A DNA stretch of 64,000 bases from an uncultured Acidobacteriota bacterium (GTDB taxonomy: Bacteria > Acidobacteriota > Vicinamibacteria > Vicinamibacterales > SCN-69-37), in contig CAVRWQ010000011.1 of assembly GCA_963724955.1 (NCBI GenBank), forward strand, positions 314,357 to 378,356. Reading direction: 5' to 3'. Below are positions 60,286 through 64,000 of this stretch, piece after piece (position 1 is the stretch's first letter; every line of letters begins with the position of its first letter). The position numbers were made by a program, and so were the translations under genes. Under the pieces are notes generated by a model. It was given only the letters and a program-made list of their open reading frames with translations. It searched no databases and had not been told where the DNA came from.

Positions 60286-61427
60286 CGTCCGAGCAGGTGC
60301 CGCGCGATCACCAGCCGCTGGATCTCGCTCGTGCCCTCGCCGATCGTGCAGAGCTTCACGTCGCGGAAGTACTTCTCGGCCGGGTAGTCCTTCACGAAGC
60401 CGTACCCGCCGTGAATCTGGACGCTCTCCTCGGCGGCGCGCACGGCGATTTCGCTCGAGTAGAGCTTCGCAATAGACGACTCAGCCGACGTCCGCTCGAT
60501 GCGCTGATCGCGCATCCAGGCCGCGCGGTACGTCAGGAGGCGCGCGGCGTCGATGCGCGTGTACATGTCCGCGAGCTTCCAGCGAATGGCCTGGAAGTTC
60601 GCAATCGGCTGACCGAACTGGCGGCGTTGGAGCGCATGCCGGCGCGCGGCTTCGTAGGCCCCCTGCGCGAGACCGACGGCGAGCGCCGCGATGCCGATGC
60701 GCCCGGCGTCCAGCACCTGCATCGCCCCGACGAAGCCTTCACCTTCGGCGCCGACCATCGCGTCGGCGTCCACGCGGCAATCCTGGAGCAGCACCTCGCT
60801 CGTGTCGCTGGCGCGCATGCCGAGCTTGTCTTCCTTCTTGCCCGCCGAGAGACCGGGCGTGCCGCGCGTGACCACGAACGCCGAAATCCCCCGGCGCGAT
60901 TGCGTCCGATCGGTCACGGCCATCACGACCAGCGTCGCGGCACTGGTGCCGTGCGTGATGAACTGCTTGGAGCCGTTCAGCACCCACCCGCGCCCGTCGC
61001 GTACGGCGGTCGTGCGCATGGCGCCGGCGTCGCTTCCGGCATTCGCTTCGGTGAGCGCCCAGCCGCCGAGCGCGGCGCCGCTCGAGAGCGGCGGGAGGAA
61101 CGTCCGCTTCTGCGCTTCGCTGCCGAACATGGCGAGATGCGCCACGCACAGCCCGTTGTGCGCGGCCACCGACAGCGCGATCGACGGATCGACGCGGGCG
61201 AGCTCTTCGATGCAGATGCAGTACTCGAGCGCGGACAGACCCGCGCCGCCGTACTCCTCAGAGAGCTGGATACCGGTCAACCCGAGCGAGGCCAGCCTGG
61301 ACACCAGGCTCGACGGGAACTTCTGCGCCTCGTCCCACTCCATGACATGGGGGCCAATCTCGGTCTCGGCAAACTCCCGAACGCTGCGGCGCAGCAGCTC
61401 GTGTTCGCCCGTCGGGCGCAGATCCAT
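60282..61427 (-). CDS. acyl-CoA dehydrogenase
   Basis: Intact 381 aa. GGWALTEANAGSDAGAMRTTA...GSKQFITHG...YPAEKYFRDVKLCTIGEGTSEIQRLVIARHLL. Confidence 0.9.
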   Translation of the reverse strand: MDLRPTGEHELLRRSVREFAETEIGPHVMEWDEAQKFPSSLVSRLASLGLTGIQLSEEYGGAGLSALEYCICIEELARVDPSIALSVAAHNGLCVAHLAMFGSEAQKRTFLPPLSSGAALGGWALTEANAGSDAGAMRTTAVRDGRGWVLNGSKQFITHGTSAATLVVMAVTDRTQSRRGISAFVVTRGTPGLSAGKKEDKLGMRASDTSEVLLQDCRVDADAMVGAEGEGFVGAMQVLDAGRIGIAALAVGLAQGAYEAARRHALQRRQFGQPIANFQAIRWKLADMYTRIDAARLLTYRAAWMRDQRIERTSAESSIAKLYSSEIAVRAAEESVQIHGGYGFVKDYPAEKYFRDVKLCTIGEGTSEIQRLVIARHLLGR

Positions 61428-61481
61428 CAGGGGAAAATATCACGCGGCGAGTTGGCGGGCCCAAGCCCGGCCCGCCCTGCG

Positions 61482-61961
61482 CTAAAACGCGAGGTTCACG
61501 CCGGCATAGAAGCGCTGGGGCGTCTTGTAGAGCGGACTGCCCCGAAGCGAATACACGCGGTAGTCGACCCTCAGCCGGAGCGGACCTGCCAGGGTGATCT
61601 TGACCCCGCCGCCGATATTCGTGCCGAAGCTCGTCGCGGTGTCGCCGAGGATATGCTCCCGGTAATAGCCGCCGCCCACGGTCCCGTACAACTGCACGCC
61701 GGACGTCGGTGTCAGCAGCAGTGCGTTGAACATCCCGGTCGTGAGCCCCGGTGCGGCCTTGAGCTCGTCCTCGCGCACCGTGCTGTAGTCGAACTCGAAG
61801 CCGACGATCAGCAGGTTGATGCCGAGCGCGAACCCCCTCGCCGGCCGGTTCTCGGGCGTCGGAGAAAACCCGACGAAGAACGTCAGGTCGGCCGAGGCGC
61901 GCGAGGGCACGCCGACCAGCGCCGTCAGCGCGAGCAGCGAGACGATGAGCAGGCGTTTCAT
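61482..61961 (-). CDS. small outer-membrane beta-barrel protein (OmpA-like 8-strand type)
   Basis: Signal MKRLLIVSLLALTALVGVPSRASA, alternating beta pattern, and the terminal ...RFYAGVNLAF aromatic residue. Confidence 0.7.
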   Translation of the reverse strand: MKRLLIVSLLALTALVGVPSRASADLTFFVGFSPTPENRPARGFALGINLLIVGFEFDYSTVREDELKAAPGLTTGMFNALLLTPTSGVQLYGTVGGGYYREHILGDTATSFGTNIGGGVKITLAGPLRLRVDYRVYSLRGSPLYKTPQRFYAGVNLAF

Positions 61962-62002
61962 GTTCCTCCTATCGGTCCGTCTGCCCGCGGACTGCACGTT
62001 TT

Positions 62003-62029
62003 GGCGGCCCGAAACCCGGGCCGCCCTAC
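62003..62029 (-). repeat. REP-like element 3 (GTAG head + 8-bp GC stem)
   Basis: Minus strand GTAG-GGCGGCCC-GGGTTTC-GGGCCGCC-AA. 27 of 29 nt are identical to the copy at 16688-16714. Confidence 0.7.
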
Positions 62030-62080
62030 GAGTAGGGGCGCGGCGCGCGGCTGGTGTATGCGCGGAGCGCCGCCGGCGCC

Positions 62081-62551
62081 CTACCTCAACTTCCCGAGCC
62101 CCATTCGCTCGACGCGGATGATGGACGCCTTGAGACGGTCGTAGAGGGCCTGCGCTTCGGTGGGGAGGCCTTCGCCCAGGAGCCGCACGGGATCGTAGTC
62201 GGCGCCCGGCACGGCGAGGTCGAACAGGAAGAGATAGATCGTGGAGTCGCGCGCGACTTCGGCGGACTTGAAGATGCGCCAGCCGGCCGCCTGTTGCTTC
62301 CGGACCGGATCAGGCGTGGTCTCGAGCACGTGGGCGACGCGCGAGACGACGGCCTCGAAGTCGGCCGTGCGGTCCGGCCGCACGTAGAAGAAGAGCAGGC
62401 CCGCGCCACCGGGGAACGTGTAGGCCTGCCCGGCCGCAGGCGCCGCGGCCGCGCCCGAGGGCGCCCCCTGGGCGGGCCTCATCAATTCGGCCGCCGGACG
62501 GACGGGCAGGAGCAGAGAACATGCGAGCGACGCGGAGAGAACACGCTGCAT
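62081..62551 (-). CDS. small secreted protein, paralog P1 of a tandem triplet (unknown function)
   Basis: Intact 156 aa with a signal-like N-terminus. Shares ..FF.V.P....DFEA...., W+IFK, Y..L.D, YDPV+LL.EGLP....LYD+LK with P2 and P3. Confidence 0.6.
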   Translation of the reverse strand: MQRVLSASLACSLLLPVRPAAELMRPAQGAPSGAAAAPAAGQAYTFPGGAGLLFFYVRPDRTADFEAVVSRVAHVLETTPDPVRKQQAAGWRIFKSAEVARDSTIYLFLFDLAVPGADYDPVRLLGEGLPTEAQALYDRLKASIIRVERMGLGKLR

Positions 62552-62574
62552 GGAGCATCTCCAGAAACGCGAAC

Positions 62575-62604
62575 GGGACGCCGGCGCATCTGCGCCGGCG
62601 TCCC
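62575..62604 (-). terminator. strong GC hairpin between paralogs P2 and P1 (intercistronic terminator/attenuator candidate)
   Basis: gggacgccggcgca-tc-tgcgccggcgtccc, a perfect 14-nt inverted repeat. On the minus strand it is followed by guucgcguuucugg and then GGAG..AUG of P1. Confidence 0.4.
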
Positions 62605-62641
62605 GGGAACGAGGTCTGCTGACCCGCGGGCGAACGCGCGC

Positions 62642-63151
62642 CTAGTGCGCGGGCGCCGGGTCGCCCATGATCTTGATCACGGACTTGCTGATCCCTTTGA
62701 TGTTCGGCCCGACCTTCTTGTAGATCTCCTGCACCTGGTCCGGGGGCAGTCCCTCCGCCAGGATCTTGAACAGGTCGTAGCTCACGCCCTTGGCGACCGG
62801 ATCGAGAATCCAGATGTAGGTGAGGATGCCGTTGGTCGCCGCTTCGAGTTTGACGAAGAGCTTCCAGCTGGCGGCCTGTGCCTTGCGCTCGGGCTTGTCA
62901 CTCTTGGACAGGACTTCCTTGACCTTGCCCATGAAGGCCTCGAAGTCCGCGGCGGCAGGCTCAGCGACCTGGAAGAACATCGTCACGGAGTCAACGTTGA
63001 ACGTCAGACCGTCATCGCCGGCCGGAGCCTGAGCGGCTTGCCCCGATGGCTTTGCTGCGCCTACGGTTGTGGAGACAGAAAATGCGCACGCGAGCGCTGC
63101 CATCATCAACGCACGCCGGCGCCACGCCGGCTTCGATCCCGACCACGTCAT
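62642..63151 (-). CDS. small secreted protein, paralog P2
   Basis: Intact 169 aa with signal ALMMAALACAFSVSTTVGAA. LTFNVDSVTMFFQVAEPAAADFEAFMGKVKEVL...AASWKLFVK...YIWILDPVAKGVSYDLFKILAEGLPPDQVQEIYKKV. Confidence 0.6.
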   Translation of the reverse strand: MTWSGSKPAWRRRALMMAALACAFSVSTTVGAAKPSGQAAQAPAGDDGLTFNVDSVTMFFQVAEPAAADFEAFMGKVKEVLSKSDKPERKAQAASWKLFVKLEAATNGILTYIWILDPVAKGVSYDLFKILAEGLPPDQVQEIYKKVGPNIKGISKSVIKIMGDPAPAH

Positions 63152-63218
63152 GCCTTACCTCCCGGCCCGGGGGGCCACGGTGCCGTCACTAAACTTAACC
63201 GAGTAAAGGCCGATCCCC

Positions 63219-63779
63219 TCAGAGCCCGACCTTCGCGAGCGGCCAGAACTGAATGTTCTGCACCGAATCCTTCAGCTTGTTGTAGATCGCGTCCGCTTCT
63301 TCGCGTGTGACTACGGTCGCGCCCATAAGCGTATCGTAGACGATCTTCACCGGGTTATAGCTGTGCGTCTTGGACGGCGTGTCGATCTGGATGATGTAGA
63401 GCACCACCGGCGGCGGCTGTCCTCCCTGCGCGCCAAGATCGACCTTGTACAGCTTCTGCAAACTGTCGGCAAACGCCTTGACGTCCGGTTTGTCCGCGAT
63501 CTTGGCCAGCCCGGCCCGAATCGCGTTCCAGGCGGATTCGAATTCCGCCGTCTTGTCGGGCTTGACCTGATTCATGAGCATTATGGGCGTGTCGAGGTTG
63601 AACTTGAGCTGATCGACTTCCTGCTGCGGTGCGGCAGGCGGGGGCTGTTGCTGCGCGGGGGGCGGCGTCTGCGCCTGGGCGGCGACGCCCTGGCTCGACG
63701 CGACGGCGACGAGCGCCGCGAATCCCACCCGAATCAACGCGCGCCGACGCGACGCTGCCAGTACACTTGCCCGCTTCAT
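63219..63779 (-). CDS. small secreted protein, paralog P3
   Basis: Intact 186 aa with signal ALIRVGFAALVAVASSQGVAAQA and a Q/P-rich linker. LKFNLDTPIMLMNQVKPDKTAEFESAWNAIRAGL...LYKVDL...YIIQIDTPSKTHSYNPVKIVYDTL...ADAIYNKLKDSV. Confidence 0.6.
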   Translation of the reverse strand: MKRASVLAASRRRALIRVGFAALVAVASSQGVAAQAQTPPPAQQQPPPAAPQQEVDQLKFNLDTPIMLMNQVKPDKTAEFESAWNAIRAGLAKIADKPDVKAFADSLQKLYKVDLGAQGGQPPPVVLYIIQIDTPSKTHSYNPVKIVYDTLMGATVVTREEADAIYNKLKDSVQNIQFWPLAKVGL

Positions 63780-63812
63780 TGAGTGTCTCCCTGCCCCTTT
63801 GCGGGGCGTTGC

Positions 63813-63832
63813 GGCCGCCCGAAGTGGCCTAC
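63813..63832 (-). repeat. possible degenerate REP-like hairpin downstream of the hemW-like gene
   Basis: Minus strand GTAGGCCAC-TTCGG-GCGGCC (stem with a G-U pair). It is adjacent to a second small hairpin gcccc-gcaaa-ggggc (63793-63807). Confidence 0.3.
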
Positions 63833-63861
63833 TTTAGCGTACTACTGTCAACGTCCCGCGG

Positions 63862-64000
63862 TCATACGAATGTCGTTAGGATTTCATTAGCCACAAGCAT
63901 TCCGGGCCGCGTCAGGCCGAACCCCTCGTCGGTGCGCCACAGCAACCCATCGGCCACGTAGGGAGTGAGTGCCGTTCCGTAGCGAACCCAGGGATCGACA
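63862..64000 (-). CDS. C-terminal fragment of a HemN/HemW-like radical-SAM protein (5' part beyond window)
   Basis: Own translation: ..VDPWVRYGTALTPYVADGLLWRTDEGFGLTRPGMLVANEILTTFV*. This resembles the HemW/HemN C-terminal domain. Short, so tentative. Confidence 0.4.
   Translation of the reverse strand, partial: VDPWVRYGTALTPYVADGLLWRTDEGFGLTRPGMLVANEILTTFV

Noticed and set aside
1-64000. Prophage, integron, transposon or defence-island signatures
   Set aside because: I recognised no integrase, transposase, recombinase, phage structural, restriction-modification, Cas or toxin-antitoxin genes. The only nuclease-type accessory gene is the HNH/DUF222 protein at 12314..13342.

Overview
High-GC (~70%) bacterial chromosomal window. 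It is almost all coding, and about 90% of genes are on the minus strand. The gene content (secreted TIGR03436-type VWA proteins, futalosine-route menaquinone genes, LpxI, BamA/Skp) suggests Acidobacteriota; this is inference only. Gene order, left to right: DUF374 acyltransferase (partial); ETF-QO; a TPR-like/VWA gene pair; an Lhr-type helicase split by a 109-nt GC-rich segment; a second paralogous TPR-like/VWA pair; an orphan ORF plus an HNH endonuclease; etfBA; fabF-acpP-fabG-plsX-rpmF-DUF177; a dGTPase-like gene; deoB; miaA; a TonB-like gene; an SGNH hydrolase. Next comes a ~9-kb translationally coupled menaquinone operon (ubiD-like, Cys-less MqnC/E-like, mqnA, DinB, cupin, mqnC, amidohydrolase, ubiA-like, ubiX, ubiE). 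It is followed by Gfo/Idh/MocA-lpxI-lpxA-fabZ-skp; bamA; clpC; a hybrid sensor kinase; a CxxC thioredoxin-fold protein; a fulvocin-C-like Cys-rich protein; lolD plus permease; lysS; nusB-ribH; an enoyl-CoA hydratase; five overlapping small membrane-protein genes; a PfkB kinase; MTAP; an MBL hydrolase; mce-meaB-acyl-CoA dehydrogenase; a small beta-barrel OMP; three tandem paralogous small secreted proteins; and a hemW-like fragment. I recognised no rRNA, tRNA, CRISPR array, transposase or integrase. Between ~13.8 and ~42.6 kb most genes, including essential ones, need one or more frame corrections. Where I resolved these by hand they look like assembly indels, so coordinates there are approximate. 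Best candidates for new biology: (1) the Cys-rich fulvocin-like precursor with its CxxC partner; (2) the tandem triplet of secreted paralogs next to an OMP; (3) a ~100-bp palindromic repeat family that supplies the last codons (HHEE-stop) of lhr and lysS; (4) GTAG-headed REP-like hairpins that supply TAG stops; (5) the duplicated TPR-like/VWA cassettes flanking lhr; (6) non-canonical genes embedded in the menaquinone operon.
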